64,000 nucleotides of DNA from an uncultured Nitrospiraceae bacterium (GCA_963730935.1 CAVSTP010000003.1:32001-96000); one strand, 5' to 3'. Shown: positions 19,659 through 31,285, counted from the stretch's first letter. Program-made: numbers and translations. Notes: generated by a model from the sequence alone, not told the origin.

Positions 19659-19701
19659 TGAGCATTTCTGACCAGCCGCCACTTGCCCATCGGCTTAGCC
19701 T
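19659..19701 (+). promoter_or_regulatory. TGAGC-N6-GACCA box, 21 bp, then TAGCCT -10
   Basis: TGAGCATTTCTGACCA at 19659-19674. Confidence 0.75.
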
Positions 19702-19745
19702 TCTATGTAGCGTACAGGTTGCATAACACACAAAGGAGTCGAACC

Positions 19746-20390
19746 ATGAAGAAGATAGCACTGGGTTTCATCGGAATAGGATTGGCGAGCCTCCCATTCG
19801 CTCCGCCTTCTTATGCGGAAGAGAAGTGAACAATCGCGCCGGCCGCGGGAGAAGCCGGGTCACCGAAGCCCCGGGAAGCGACCAAGGCGGGCGAAACGGA
19901 TATGACCAACACCAAGAGCGAACCAGGTGCTGTCCCCAGTAAGTACACGATCATGCCCGTTGCCAGAGGGAAGAAGGTGGAAGTCGCGAGTGAAATGATC
20001 GGCGACACGGTTAGGAATTCAAAAGGTGAGGATATTGGCAAGTTAGAGCAACTCATCATGGATTCTGAGACCAAGAGGGTTGAGTATGCAATGATTTCAA
20101 TCGGCGATACCGGCCAACTGAAGGCCTATCCCTGGAGCTCCTTCAAAGTTAACAAGGAACAAGGAAACGTTGTTCTCGATGTGACGCCGGAACAGCTTCA
20201 GGCGAAGGCGACGGATCTCTCTCCGGGCATTCAGGAGATCGAGCAGCAGTTACAGGCCTTGCAAAAAAGTGAGGCACGTATAGGAACACGTGACGGACAG
20301 AATATGGGAAATCGCGGTAGTGGTGGCCCCATGGGCGAAACTACAAAGGGTGGGGGTGGCGCGGAAAGAGCGCCAGTCGACAAGAAGTAG
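19746..20390 (+). pseudogene. Exported PRC-barrel protein with in-frame TGA after the signal peptide
   Basis: AAGGAG RBS; MKKIALG...SYAEEK then TGA 19827-19829 in frame with ASEMIG..VRN.KGEDIG.L...IMD, YPW. Confidence 0.75.
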
Positions 20391-20784
20391 ATTCAGCGCT
20401 CAATGGCAGGCGCTCCTTTGAACGAGGGAAGGGGCGCTGTACCTTGTGACGACGTGACGGTAGTCATTAAGCAGATGTATCGCTGCGCTATTACACAGCT
20501 GCAGCCTGGTCGGTCTCGCCCACCAAATGCTTTGGCTCATCATTGACTTAATTAGGACAGCGGTATACAGAGGCCAAAATCCGGGCAGGCGGTTCTGTGC
20601 CGGGTTCTTGCAACCCAACACGAGAATCCCTTGTTACCGCCCCGTCACGGAGCATTGGCACCATCAAAGAGCAGCAAGGCCCCGCCTGCCCCTCGGACGT
20701 ACAGATTACTCGGTCTACCGGCTGGGTTTCGGCAGTGTGACGAGTCCCCGGGGACAACGGCGGTGAAAGAGTGGAGGAGAGATT

Positions 20785-21087
20785 ATGACAACGAAACGTG
20801 CCTTTGTCGGGAAGGGTGCGATGGTGTGGTGGTGCGCCGTCTTGGGGATGTCAGGATGTATTTCCGTGGAACCTGTCCCTAGTTCCGCAACGTATTGGGA
20901 AGCCAAGGAGGTGCCCCATTCGCAGGCGCTCACGGATTACAATGCCTGTAAGATGTGGTCCACCGTGAAGTATGCAGAATCCGAGAAGAGAGAGGAAATC
21001 ATCACGGACAATTTGGGCTACTGGATTCACGTCCCCCTTCTGAAATCGTGCATGGAGCGTAAGGGCTACAAATACGTCGGTCCGTAG
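20785..21087 (+). CDS. Small lipoprotein
   Basis: GGAGGAG RBS, lipobox MSGC, C-terminal CMERKGY. Confidence 0.75.
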   Translation: MTTKRAFVGKGAMVWWCAVLGMSGCISVEPVPSSATYWEAKEVPHSQALTDYNACKMWSTVKYAESEKREEIITDNLGYWIHVPLLKSCMERKGYKYVGP

Positions 21088-21157
21088 GTTGGACGCCGGC
21101 TCCAACTTCAGTAGTCACGGTCGCGAGAAGCCAGCCGGCACACAAATGCCGGTAGAT

Positions 21158-21859
21158 CTACCTCCCAAAATGCCACATCAGCCCCACGACAAAATTTTGA
21201 GAGTCGTAATTTCCTTTGATCCCGCTAAACCTGATGTTTGTGTTGTTGTACTTGAATTCGCCGAACAACGCCCATTCCTGTGTCAACACATACCGGGCAC
21301 CTGCAACGAACTGAAATCCAGGATTCGCTTGGGTGTTCGACTGTCCACCCTGTGAGCCGGTAGCAAAGAACAATCCGTACCCGATGCCGCCATAGGGTTG
21401 AAAGACATCACTCATGGACGGCGAGCGGATGATCAAGTTCATAGTCCAGACAGTAAGCCGAAGTGAGGTGGTCGGCATGTTAGCGGCAAACACACTGCCT
21501 GAGCTCGTCCCTCCCACAACCGTCTGTTGCTTCACGTCTGGCTTCTGAGTGTAGAGATCCGTTTCTATTCCCAGCCAAGGACGCGACAGAAAAAAATAGC
21601 CTCCCTTGACACCCCCAAGGAGACCAGACTTGAGTTCGAGATCATTGATGCGGGCGTTAGTAACGCCGCCTCCCAGAGTCGCATTGGAGACGGTGACATT
21701 CGACAGCGAGCCAGGAGCGGAAATGCCTCCATACCCACCGACATACCACTCAGCCTGAGCCGTGGTGGTGAGTAGGCCACTTCCCGTGACCGTCCACACC
21801 ACGAGCAGTGCACCAGGGATCCAAGACCTTACGACGGAACTCCACCGGACGGCGTTCAT
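21158..21859 (-). CDS. Outer-membrane beta-barrel protein
   Basis: Signal AQAE-WYVG, QPYGGIG, F.EFKYN, aromatic C-terminal strand. Confidence 0.85.
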   Translation of the reverse strand: MNAVRWSSVVRSWIPGALLVVWTVTGSGLLTTTAQAEWYVGGYGGISAPGSLSNVTVSNATLGGGVTNARINDLELKSGLLGGVKGGYFFLSRPWLGIETDLYTQKPDVKQQTVVGGTSSGSVFAANMPTTSLRLTVWTMNLIIRSPSMSDVFQPYGGIGYGLFFATGSQGGQSNTQANPGFQFVAGARYVLTQEWALFGEFKYNNTNIRFSGIKGNYDSQNFVVGLMWHFGR

Positions 21860-22069
21860 AATGCCCCGTCGGTGTGCGGATAATTATGGGCATCAAGGCT
21901 TTTTGTAGAGTTTAGCGTAGCGCTTTCATCCCATCAAGGAAGACCTAAGAAACCGTCCGCCACGAAGCTGAACAGGTCATACAGAGAGAGGGACCTTGAC
22001 CCTTCAATCGGATGTCACAGCACTATAGGAAGTTTTAGCCTTTCCCCATGTATTCCATTTGCCTATACC

Positions 22070-22430
22070 ACGTTAAGTGTTGCAACTTGGTCGGTCATCG
22101 GCGAAACCGGGTCAAAGAATCAAAGAACGTCGAGAAGCGATAAGCCGGGCGAAACGCAGATGGGGTCGCGAGTGAAATGGTCGGCGACACGGTCAAGAGG
22201 CGTTAATTGGCAGGTCAGCGCAGGAAATCGAGCAACGGGTACAGATCTTTCAAAACAGTGAGGCATGCATAGGAGCATGTGAGGGGCAAAATATGGGAAG
22301 TCGCGGTGCCGCTGGCCCAATGGGCGAGGCAACAAAGGGCGGAGGTGGCAGGGAAAGAAGTCGGCAACAAGCAAATTACGCACCCAGGGGTCGGTGCTCC
22401 TGCTGTTGGTTGAACGAGGGGAGGGGCGCT
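22070..22430 (+). pseudogene. Internally deleted paralog of the PRC-barrel gene
   Basis: Shares cgttaa.t.ttgcaacttg, gtcgcgagtgaaatg.tcggcgacacggt, aatatgggaa.tcgcggt and ttgaacgaggg.aggggcgct with 19642-20440. Confidence 0.8.
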
Positions 22431-22594
22431 CAGGCCCATAACAGGGATCAGTTACCCTTCCCCGGCGTGTGGCGGTCCGGCTCCATCTTCATCTCGCGTT
22501 CCCCTTGCACAACTACAGACCGACCGGGCCTGCCCTGCCCCGCCCTTCTACCAGTGTCCTAGCCACCTTCTTCAATAGTTTTTCGATGTCGCAT

Positions 22595-23170
22595 TCACTT
22601 AGCTGGAGGCATCGTTGTCGTCGTCGTCGTGGTAGTGGTCGACCGTGAGCTTGTTGGATCACTTGTGTCGCTCGGTTTATCATCGGTTGCATCACTTGCT
22701 CGAGCACTGGTTTGACCGCTGCTTCGGCCGTGGTTTTGATCACTTGTTTGACCAACGGCCTGGCCGCCCTGCCCGCCAACCTTGATGACTCCAGAAACGT
22801 TTTGCTCACCAGCAGTCCTAGCTGATTCCATCCTGACGGTATACCGGAACGTGCCGGCATCTCTGAAACAGATGCTGGCAGTTTCGTTCGTGCTCAGTTG
22901 GGCTGTATCGCTGGATGTCATCCACCCACCGAAATTACTCTTGCATGACACCTGCTTGTCCGACACAGGGTCGATTAAGATGACTCGTACAGGTGCGTTC
23001 CTCTTGTTGACCCACCGAACTTCATCACCTGGATTGACAGTAATTTCCCCTGACGCCAGGCTATCCCCAATAATCACGTCTTTCACGTCACCAGTCCTCG
23101 TCACCGTGGGCATGCCCTGGCAGCCCAATACGAGAACGACCGCAATACTTAGATATCGGATCGCGTTCAT
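22595..23170 (-). CDS. Cupredoxin-fold-like lipoprotein with S/T-rich tail
   Basis: Lipobox VLGC, V.PGDEVRWVN, F...GTFRY, G.I.V. Confidence 0.65.
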   Translation of the reverse strand: MNAIRYLSIAVVLVLGCQGMPTVTRTGDVKDVIIGDSLASGEITVNPGDEVRWVNKRNAPVRVILIDPVSDKQVSCKSNFGGWMTSSDTAQLSTNETASICFRDAGTFRYTVRMESARTAGEQNVSGVIKVGGQGGQAVGQTSDQNHGRSSGQTSARASDATDDKPSDTSDPTSSRSTTTTTTTTTMPPAK

Positions 23171-23298
23171 AGGAAGTACCTCCTTTGCAATAACGTCACG
23201 ACATTCACTCACAACACCGTGATAATCGGCGATGAGTTGCTGACACCTGAATAATTCTACGCCTTTCAAGGATGGCAACTGATCAAAACTGCTCAGCT

Positions 23299-24444
23299 TT
23301 ATTTCAGGGCGGAATCGATTCGAGCGGCTGCTTCGGGTGTCACCAGTTGACTAGTCGGGGCCTGATAGTTCTCACGGTAGATCTTGAACATGGCGATGGC
23401 GATTCCCAGCAAAATCGGACCCAGGAACAAGCCGATAAATCCAAAGTAGGCAAGGCCGCCCACGGAAGCAAAGAAGAGAAAGAGCACCGGTAAGCCCGCC
23501 TCGGAACCGACCAGCAGCGGCTGCAGGACGTTGTCCATCAGCCCCACGAGTCCTACGCCCACGACGATCATCACGATCATTTTCCACAGCGAAGCCGTCC
23601 ACAAGAGGTATGCCGCGACCGGCACCCAGACCAGCGCCGTTCCTCCGAACGGCAACAAGGAGACAAGAGCGCTGATCGCGCCGAGAAAGACGGGGAAGGG
23701 GACATCAAGCGCCCAATAGGCGAGGCCGGCCACGACGCCTTGCGCCAGAGCCGTCAGCAAAGTACCGCGCACGACGCCATTCATCGTCTGAGTCAGGCGG
23801 TCGAAAATGACTACTTTATGACTCTCCTCGATGGGAACCGCATCGTAAAAGACATCGTAGAGGCGCTGACCGTCTCGAAAGAAAAAGAACAGCGTGAACA
23901 GCATAATCAAGAAATCCGTGACTAGATCGAAGGTATTCCTCGCGAACCCACTAACACCGGTCAGCAGGACCGCGCTAACGGCTTTCCCTCCTTCGAGGAG
24001 CGACCCCTGGAGATCTCCATAGGCCAATACAAAACTTCCCAGGAGTTCTTGTGAGATGTTGCCGATGAACGGTAACGCGGAAACCGTGGCTGGAAGTTGC
24101 TTCAGCCCGCCGTTCTGCAGCCACGTCATGGCCGCCTGATACGCATGAATGGTCTCCGTGATCGCCAAAAATGCGACGTACGCCACCGGTAAGACCGCAA
24201 GAAAGGTGACGGCAAGGGTACTGAGGAGGGCACAGACCGTTGGTTTTCCCTTAAATAGGTGAAACAGATATTGATATAGGGGGTAGAACAGACGCGCTAG
24301 GATGAGGGCCCACAAAATTGGCGTAAAAAAAGGCGCGAAGATCAACGCCAACTGATAGAGCAGCAGCGTGCACAGAATCAAGAAGGCGGTGGAAAGTACC
24401 TGAGGAGACATCTGTTCGTTTGAGACGGATGAGCGGGAGTTCAC
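23299..24444 (-). CDS. AI-2E family transporter
   Basis: FFFFRDG, A.AQG, LP..G..LVWVP, DNVLQP, GG...FG..GLFLGP. Confidence 0.93.
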   Translation of the reverse strand: MNSRSSVSNEQMSPQVLSTAFLILCTLLLYQLALIFAPFFTPILWALILARLFYPLYQYLFHLFKGKPTVCALLSTLAVTFLAVLPVAYVAFLAITETIHAYQAAMTWLQNGGLKQLPATVSALPFIGNISQELLGSFVLAYGDLQGSLLEGGKAVSAVLLTGVSGFARNTFDLVTDFLIMLFTLFFFFRDGQRLYDVFYDAVPIEESHKVVIFDRLTQTMNGVVRGTLLTALAQGVVAGLAYWALDVPFPVFLGAISALVSLLPFGGTALVWVPVAAYLLWTASLWKMIVMIVVGVGLVGLMDNVLQPLLVGSEAGLPVLFLFFASVGGLAYFGFIGLFLGPILLGIAIAMFKIYRENYQAPTSQLVTPEAAARIDSALK

Positions 24445-24505
24445 CGGCTGAGGTCCTCGGCCGCAGCCTCCCTCTTGCCGGTGATACTGGTGCGAGCGTC
24501 TCTGC

Positions 24506-25099
24506 TTACACCATCTGCTTCCGAGACTTCTTGGCTCGAGCAGCCGCCGCCGCCGTTTTCACATTCATCTCTTCTTCTGGAGGCGGAAGGACTGCTGCCA
24601 ATCCTAGCGACTCGATCCACAGTTCACGACTCCAGCCCATGCTATGGTACAAGTGTTCGTCTTCTTGGTCCTCGACTTGCTCACACGCGGCTTTCAGAGC
24701 CTTGCCTTCCGGCGCGGGCATTTGCTCGGCCGCCTGAGCCATGAGTTCCCAGTTCTGATGGTCCTTGGTCTCTGCCGTGACCACGCATTCTGCGGCGACG
24801 AGTTGAGCCGCCTTGGGGTTTCCGGCTTTCAGCGCCATGTTCATCGCTTCCACTAGCGCTTCGCCTTGATGCCTGACCACCCGTCGTCCTGGGGTCTCTT
24901 CCGCTGGATCTAAGCCCATCTCGGGCAGCAGATCGCGTAGGAGTTTTTCATGTGTACGGGTTTGATCGAGATACTTCTGCCATTCGTCTTTGAGGTCATC
25001 GTTGACCGCGCATTGGAGGGCGGCCTCATACACCTGGACCCCGCCCACCTCTGTTTCTAACGCTTGGAATAGGAGTTCATGCAATTGTTCTTTCTTCAT
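24506..25099 (-). CDS. Ferritin-like four-helix stress protein
   Basis: ALETE.GG..VY, QT..H, AETKDH.NW, EDEH. Confidence 0.75.
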   Translation of the reverse strand: MKKEQLHELLFQALETEVGGVQVYEAALQCAVNDDLKDEWQKYLDQTRTHEKLLRDLLPEMGLDPAEETPGRRVVRHQGEALVEAMNMALKAGNPKAAQLVAAECVVTAETKDHQNWELMAQAAEQMPAPEGKALKAACEQVEDQEDEHLYHSMGWSRELWIESLGLAAVLPPPEEEMNVKTAAAAARAKKSRKQMV

Positions 25100-25163
25100 G
25101 CGAATTATCCCTTTCTGATTCGGAATGGTTGCTAGGGTGACGACGGCACTCACAGCGGAGGGA

Positions 25164-27353
25164 TCATGCGGGGACCTGGCCTTTGGACTCGCGTTCCCAA
25201 TGTCGATGTTTGCCGATCGCGGTGACGAATTGTGCGGCCACCTGCGCGGTGGAGGCACCGTCGAGAATGATGCCCGGATCCGCATCTAGCGGTGTTCTCT
25301 TAGGCTGGGGTTTCACCATCTCATCCGCTCCGAGCAAGGCAGCGGTCACCAGTGCCGCGGCTTCGCCTGTGGCGGCAATTGTCTTGCAGTGCGTGTAGGC
25401 TTCCGTGATGAAATGGAGCGCTTTGCCGATTTTCATCAGGCTCGCCACACTCTGCTCCCCACCTGGCACATAGACAGCGTCAAATAATACAGACCCTGCG
25501 GTTAAAAAACTGAAGTCAACAGGAAGCTCAGTGCCTTTTGCTCCCGTTAACGTGCCAAGTCGCGGGCCAATGATTTTGGCTTGGCCTCCAGCGGCCGTCA
25601 CGGCCTTCTTGATGGTGGAGAGATCCGCATCGTCGAAGCCGTCGGCCGCAAGAACGGCCACTTTGCGCGTGGCAATGCCGTTCTTGGCCGAGGATGCCAT
25701 GCTCAGAGCCGGTGAGCGTTCCAGCGAGCCATTGCCGCGCACCGGTTGGAATTCATGTATATGGCCATCGGCGGGCACACTCATATTCATCGGCCCTTCC
25801 AGTTTGGCAATCTTCATCCCGAGACCTTGTGCGACCAGACCGGCCAGTGTCTTATCCACCTGAGCCAAGAGTCCGAGCATGCGTGCGCGGATTGCAGATA
25901 CTTCCACCTTGCCCAATTCAAATTGGAGCGCCTGCACGATATGGGCTTTTTCTGGCGGGGATTGGCTATTATAAAACAGTTTGGCCTGGCTGAAATGGTC
26001 AAAGAACTTCTCACTCCGCCCGCGGACCTTGGTCCCTTTCATCTCTTCGGCATAGCTGACAAATCCGCCTGCATTGGCTTGCGCCTGCATCGGGCATCCG
26101 CCGCCCAATGAATTCGGCTGGTAACTGACGCGACCTTGATTGATCGTTTGGCGCATATGACCGTCCCGTTGATTGTTGTGCACGGGAGCGATGGGGCGGT
26201 TGATGGGAATCTCATGAAAATTGGGTCCGCCTAAACGTATGAGTTGTGTGTCCGTGTAGGAGAACAGACGGCCTTGCAGCAGCGGATCGTTGGAAAAATC
26301 AATGCCTGACACGACGTGCCCTGGATGGAAGGCGACCTGCTCCGTTTCAGCAAAAAAATTCTCGGGATTGCGGTTCAAGGTCAATTTGCCGATTCGTCTC
26401 ACCGGGACGAGTTCCTCCGGAATAAGCTTCGTGGCGTCGAGGAGATCAAAATCAAACTTCTGTTCATCCTTTTCTTCGACGATCTGCACCCCGAACTCCC
26501 ATTCTGGAAAATCACCATTCTCGATCGCTTCCCACAGATCGCGCCGGTGGAAGTCAGGATCCAGACCGGAAATTTTCTGTGCTTCATCCCAGACGACCGA
26601 ATGCACGCCCAATACTGGCTTCCAGTGAAATTTCACGAACCGCGATTTCCCCTTCTCATTCACGAATCGAAAGGTATGGACGCCGAAGCCCTCCATCATG
26701 CGATAGCTTCGTGGAATAGCCCGGTCCGACATGACCCACATAATCATGTGCATCGATTCTGGCATCAACGAAATGAAGTCCCAGAATGTATCGTGGGCCG
26801 ACGCGGCCTGCGGGATTTCCCGGTGAGGCTCGGGCTTGATCGCATGGACGAGATCGGGAAACTTGAGGCCATCCTGGATGAAAAAGACCGGAATATTGTT
26901 GCCGACCAGATCAAAATTGCCTTCTTCGGTATAGAATTTCACAGCAAAGCCACGCACGTCTCTCGCCAAATCAGACGATCCGCGTGATCCCACCACCGTC
27001 GAGAAGCGGACGAACACGGGCGTCTTGTGGTCGGGATCTTGAAGAAATTTCGCCTTCGTGAGGGATGCCATCGGTTCGTACACTTGGAAAAATCCGTGCG
27101 CCGCCGCGCCTCGTGCATGCACCACGCGTTCGGGGATGCGCTCGTGATCAAAGTGGGTGATTTTCTCGCGAAGATGGAAGTCTTCTAAGAGGGAAGGTCC
27201 GCGCTCGCCGGCTTTGAGCGTATTTTGATCATCGTTAACGCGGAGTCCGTGATTGGTGGTGAGATACTGCTCATCTGGATTGTCCTGAAACGTGGCCAGG
27301 TCTTTAGCCTTGGCATTCTTGTCTTTCGGCGTTTTCCCCATTCGAGCTCCCAT
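25164..27353 (-). CDS. katE: Large-subunit catalase HPII
   Basis: [25 protein letters not shown]-terminal DJ-1-like domain. Confidence 0.97.
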   Translation of the reverse strand: MGARMGKTPKDKNAKAKDLATFQDNPDEQYLTTNHGLRVNDDQNTLKAGERGPSLLEDFHLREKITHFDHERIPERVVHARGAAAHGFFQVYEPMASLTKAKFLQDPDHKTPVFVRFSTVVGSRGSSDLARDVRGFAVKFYTEEGNFDLVGNNIPVFFIQDGLKFPDLVHAIKPEPHREIPQAASAHDTFWDFISLMPESMHMIMWVMSDRAIPRSYRMMEGFGVHTFRFVNEKGKSRFVKFHWKPVLGVHSVVWDEAQKISGLDPDFHRRDLWEAIENGDFPEWEFGVQIVEEKDEQKFDFDLLDATKLIPEELVPVRRIGKLTLNRNPENFFAETEQVAFHPGHVVSGIDFSNDPLLQGRLFSYTDTQLIRLGGPNFHEIPINRPIAPVHNNQRDGHMRQTINQGRVSYQPNSLGGGCPMQAQANAGGFVSYAEEMKGTKVRGRSEKFFDHFSQAKLFYNSQSPPEKAHIVQALQFELGKVEVSAIRARMLGLLAQVDKTLAGLVAQGLGMKIAKLEGPMNMSVPADGHIHEFQPVRGNGSLERSPALSMASSAKNGIATRKVAVLAADGFDDADLSTIKKAVTAAGGQAKIIGPRLGTLTGAKGTELPVDFSFLTAGSVLFDAVYVPGGEQSVASLMKIGKALHFITEAYTHCKTIAATGEAAALVTAALLGADEMVKPQPKRTPLDADPGIILDGASTAQVAAQFVTAIGKHRHWERESKGQVPA

Positions 27354-27568
27354 AAGTTAAGGAAAGATATTCTTACGGTCGCATGGATACACGCACGATA
27401 GGACCGGGTAGAGCCCTTGCTCATGAGATTGGGATGCCTAGCCGTTCCCGCTGCCGCCAGTGGACTGAAGCCCTAGATGAAGACACGGCGAATTGTCACA
27501 GGTGACACCAGGAGGGGTGACAGGGGGAAGGGTTTTTGGCTCGGTCGAACCACTCACTGAATCAGCCG

Positions 27569-28835
27569 TCATTCCTGGACCGTCGTCTTATGTTTTACTT
27601 GTCCTCTTGGCCTCTTCAATGATCGATCCGTGAGTGCGCGCGAGGAACGATTCGACAGAGTGTCACTCAGGGGCAGCACAAGCGTCGCCGTCGTGCCATT
27701 CCCTGGCGAAGACTCCAGCTCGAACCGGCCACCTAGCGACAACAGCCGCTCGCGTATAGTCGAGAGGCCAAATCCGGACGTTGGAGAATGTGCCTTCTTG
27801 CTCGCGTCCGCCAGATCAAAGCCTGCACCTTGGTCGGAAATCTGAATGCACAACGATCCATTGACCTGTTCGAGCGTAATTGTCGCCTCATGCGTCTTGG
27901 CATGCTTGACACAATTGAACAGTAGCTCACGGCTCGATTGAAACAGCAGCAACGCTTGCTCCTCCGGTATCGTCGTAATCTCCGTCTTGATTTGCAACGA
28001 GACGAACAGATTGTGCTGCTGCATCTGCTCCGCCAGCCAGTGGAGTGCCATCGGCAGGCCGGACTCGGATAAAGTGGGTGGACTGAGCTGTGACATCAAG
28101 GTCCGCGTGTAGGTCATCGCCTTGCGTGCGACCTCTTCCACCTCGGTAATAATCTTCGCGAGCGGAGGCTGCATGGGCTGCTGTTTTGCCAGGCCGAGTT
28201 TGATCCCGATCAGGGACAGGAGCTGGGCGAGATCGTCATGGAGATTCACCGCCAAGCGCTTGCGCTCACGCTATTCCGTTACGGTCAGTTCCGCGCTCAA
28301 GAGTCGCAGCCGCTTCCGCGATTCCGTCAATTCCTCCGTCCGTTGAGTCACCCGCGCTTCCAATGCGTCCTTTGATTGCCACAGCAGTTCTTCCATCCGT
28401 TTGCGTTCTGTAACATCGTAGAAGCAATTGATCGCGCCCCTGATTTCGCCTCGCTCATCCATCAACGGAGCAATATTTACGATGACGATCACCCGCGAGC
28501 CATCGGGCCGCTCGATATGCACTTCCGCGTCATGGACTCCGGGGATCTTGCCAGTCAGCACGTCGCCCATAGGACATTGCTCGTGTGGCACATAACTGCC
28601 GTCTGGGCGGTACAGCTTGAACGAGCCGCAGAACCGCTCATCGGTATCCCCTGGCGCGGGTTTGCGGCCCCACAGTTCCGATGCGCGGTGGTTGTATTCC
28701 TGGATGACACCCGAGCCATCACAGCAATAGACGGCGATGGGGGCCAAGTCGAACAAGGTGCGATAGTCCCCATGGCTTTCGCACAATGCTGAATCATCTA
28801 GTCTTGAATCCGTGCATTTGGTCTTGGCGGTGCAT
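27569..28835 (-). pseudogene. PAS / HisKA_3 sensor histidine kinase interrupted by in-frame TAG
   Basis: TVTE-TAG(28271-28273)-RERKRLAVNLHDDLAQ in frame; ELLFN..KHA, DQG.GF, GFGL, GT boxes; RBS-linked ATG 28835 out of frame. Confidence 0.85.
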
Positions 28836-28905
28836 GCAAGCCTCCCTACAAAAGGAACAGTTTGCCTACAGAGGACAAGTCGGCGCGGTGGAAACAAGAA
28901 GTGTT

Positions 28906-29331
28906 CTAGCGCTTCGATCTGACAGCAGCCACAGCGTTCTGAATCGCATTCTCCAAGTCCTGAGCCGTTGTGGCCTGTTTGACCAAGCACACCTGGGCGC
29001 CATTGTGTTTTGCCATCTCTAGCAAATTAGGCACCCGCAGATGAGTGAGGATGACCACCGCTATCTGTGGGCGTGTGCGATCACGAATCAAATTAAATAG
29101 GACATAGAAGCCGGATTCCGGCATGTCGAGATCTAAGACAATACAATCGACCAGTTGAGATCGGCAAAGATCGAGACCCGACTGTCCGTTCGAAGCTTCC
29201 AATACCGTATAGTTGTGGGCTGAATGTTTGAGCGCTTCACACCAATACTTCCGATCTCCGTCGTTATCGTCGATGACCAGAACCGTTGCAAGAGTGGTCG
29301 ATCGTTGTGGAGCATTGACAGCGAGCACCAT
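28906..29331 (-). CDS. Single-domain response regulator
   Basis: VLVIDD, LDLDMP, ILT, LVK. Confidence 0.88.
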   Translation of the reverse strand: MVLAVNAPQRSTTLATVLVIDDNDGDRKYWCEALKHSAHNYTVLEASNGQSGLDLCRSQLVDCIVLDLDMPESGFYVLFNLIRDRTRPQIAVVILTHLRVPNLLEMAKHNGAQVCLVKQATTAQDLENAIQNAVAAVRSKR

Positions 29332-29394
29332 AAACTTCGCCTCCCGCCTTGGGTCGGCCCCAGAACTAGAACTCGCACCCGAGAACTGTCGCGC

Positions 29395-29437
29395 AATCTA
29401 TCCATTAGACCGATGGCAATCTGGTCAAAATTGCTCA
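29395..29437 (-). promoter_or_regulatory. TGAGCAATTTTGACCA box, 21 bp, then TAGATT -10
   Basis: Box at 29437-29422, upstream of the response regulator. Confidence 0.78.
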
Positions 29438-29816
29438 CTAGTGAAGAATTCATGGAAGAGGAGGTGGGGACCTACCCCTGCGCGAAGGCAGTCGTGCAGG
29501 GCGACATTAAGAAGCAAGAAGGGAACTGATAATGCGCAACCCACCGTTACATTGAATGAATCCCGGCTTGCGGAACTTATTCCCGCTCGCGTTTCTTGAA
29601 CTGACCGTCGCAATGAGCGGCTCCCGGCTTCCCTTCTTTCCCACAGTGGGCCAGCAGTAGAAGCACCCGTGCCAGCCGTTCTCGACTGAATAGGTTCCGC
29701 AGTGGGGCTGCAGACACTAAAAAATTTATAACGCTTCATAAACATCCGCTTACAGAGTATCGATGCTTTGGCCCTATAGCGGCCACGATGAGTTCGATGT
29801 AGTATGAAATCTCAAG

Positions 29817-29902
29817 CGATACTGAGCCACGCCGACTGTCCCATCTCTCGCGCTAACTCCGTTCCCACACCGCGCGTCTGATTCCCCTGGTCTACGCCGC
29901 TC
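29817..29902 (+). ncRNA. Conserved hairpin leader motif, copy 3
   Basis: gagccacgccgactgtcccatctctcgcgc-loop-gcgcgtctgattcccctggtctacgccgctc. Confidence 0.7.
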
Positions 29903-30157
29903 GTTCGAGAAAACGCACCTCTGCCATCACTAGTGTCTTTCCTCGGATCTGTAGTCCTGTTGGGGGAGACCTTTGCACGGCGATGATGTTCGACATCACA
30001 AAGCCGCAATTGTTCCTGCAGCTCTTTTTGGGAAGGCGCGTGACGATGCGAGATGGACGGTGAAGGTGGTGCCAATCAAGTGATCGGTGCATTTACGGCG
30101 ACATTTTGCCCGTGAGCCGTCTGAGAAATGCTTACCCACGAGAAAGGATAGTCCCAC

Positions 30158-31285
30158 ATGAAAATCGCACAGATCGCCCCTCTTTGGGAAAGCGTCCCAC
30201 CCAAGCTATACGGAGGCACGGAACGAGTCGTCTCTTATATGACGGAAGAACTCGTTCGCCAGGGTCATGACGTCACTCTGTTTGCTAGCGGGGATTCTCA
30301 AACGATGGCCCGTCTCTGGGCAGCCTGTCCCCATTCGTTCCGGTTGGTCGGAGGGCTCATCAATCGTGATGCGCCGCTGATACTCATGCAGGAACATGCC
30401 TTAGGAGTCGAAGCCGAGAGGTTCGATATCATTCATTCCCATCTGGACTTTCTGAGCTTCCCGCTCAGTCGCCGCTGTGCGACACCGGTGCTAACGACCT
30501 TGCACGGACGATTAGATCTTCCCGAATTACAGCCCATTTACCGAGAGTATGCCGACATGCCAGTTGTGTCCATTTCGAATGCGCAGCGCATGCCGTTGCC
30601 CAATGCGAACTGGCAGGGCACGGTGTATCACGGGCTGCCGGACCTCTATGCCTTTCATCCCAATTCCGGATCAGGATCCTACCTGGCCTACCTTGGGCGC
30701 ATCTGTCCGGAAAAGCGTCCCGATCATGCGATTGAAATTGCCAAACGGGTGGGCATGCCGCTCCGAATTGCCGCCAAAGTGGATCCGGTCGATCAGGAGT
30801 ATTTTGAAACGCAGATCGCACCGGCGTTGGACCACCCGCTGGTGGAGTACCTTGGAGAGATCACCGATGCAGAAAAAGGTGATTTTCTCGGAAATGCGGC
30901 CGCGGTGCTCTGCCCCTACGACTGGCCGGAACCGTTTGGGATCGTGTTGATCGAGGCGTTAGCCTGCGGGACGCCGGTGTTGGCGTATCGTCGCGGATCA
31001 ATCCCCGAGATCATCGAAGACGGCGTCACGGGATTTATCTGTGAGAACCTGGATGAGATGGTGGCGGCGGTCGACCGTTTGCCGCTCATTCAACGCCAGC
31101 AATGCCGGGACGCGTTCGAGGCCCGCTTCACAGTGAAGCGGATGGTCCAAAACTATCTCGCCCTGTACGAACGGATGGCCGCGTCTGTCAAACCCCTGGC
31201 CTACGTCAATGGTCAATCATCCCTGCTGAGTCACAGGCGAATGCCATCGACCGAACTCGTCATTCCTCAGGTCGGCACCGCCTGA
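30158..31285 (+). CDS. GT4 glycosyltransferase
   Basis: PP..YGGTER, LGRI.PEK, EPFG...IEALACGTPV. Confidence 0.95.
   Translation: MKIAQIAPLWESVPPKLYGGTERVVSYMTEELVRQGHDVTLFASGDSQTMARLWAACPHSFRLVGGLINRDAPLILMQEHALGVEAERFDIIHSHLDFLSFPLSRRCATPVLTTLHGRLDLPELQPIYREYADMPVVSISNAQRMPLPNANWQGTVYHGLPDLYAFHPNSGSGSYLAYLGRICPEKRPDHAIEIAKRVGMPLRIAAKVDPVDQEYFETQIAPALDHPLVEYLGEITDAEKGDFLGNAAAVLCPYDWPEPFGIVLIEALACGTPVLAYRRGSIPEIIEDGVTGFICENLDEMVAAVDRLPLIQRQQCRDAFEARFTVKRMVQNYLALYERMAASVKPLAYVNGQSSLLSHRRMPSTELVIPQVGTA

Noticed and set aside
28271..28273. Pyrrolysine or other programmed amber readthrough
   Set aside because: A single C>T from a Gln codon explains it; there is a second lesion at the start and no pyl genes in the window
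29812..30092. Minus-strand 87-aa and 66-aa ORFs
   Set aside because: No recognisable motifs; they overlap leader copy 3 on the antisense strand
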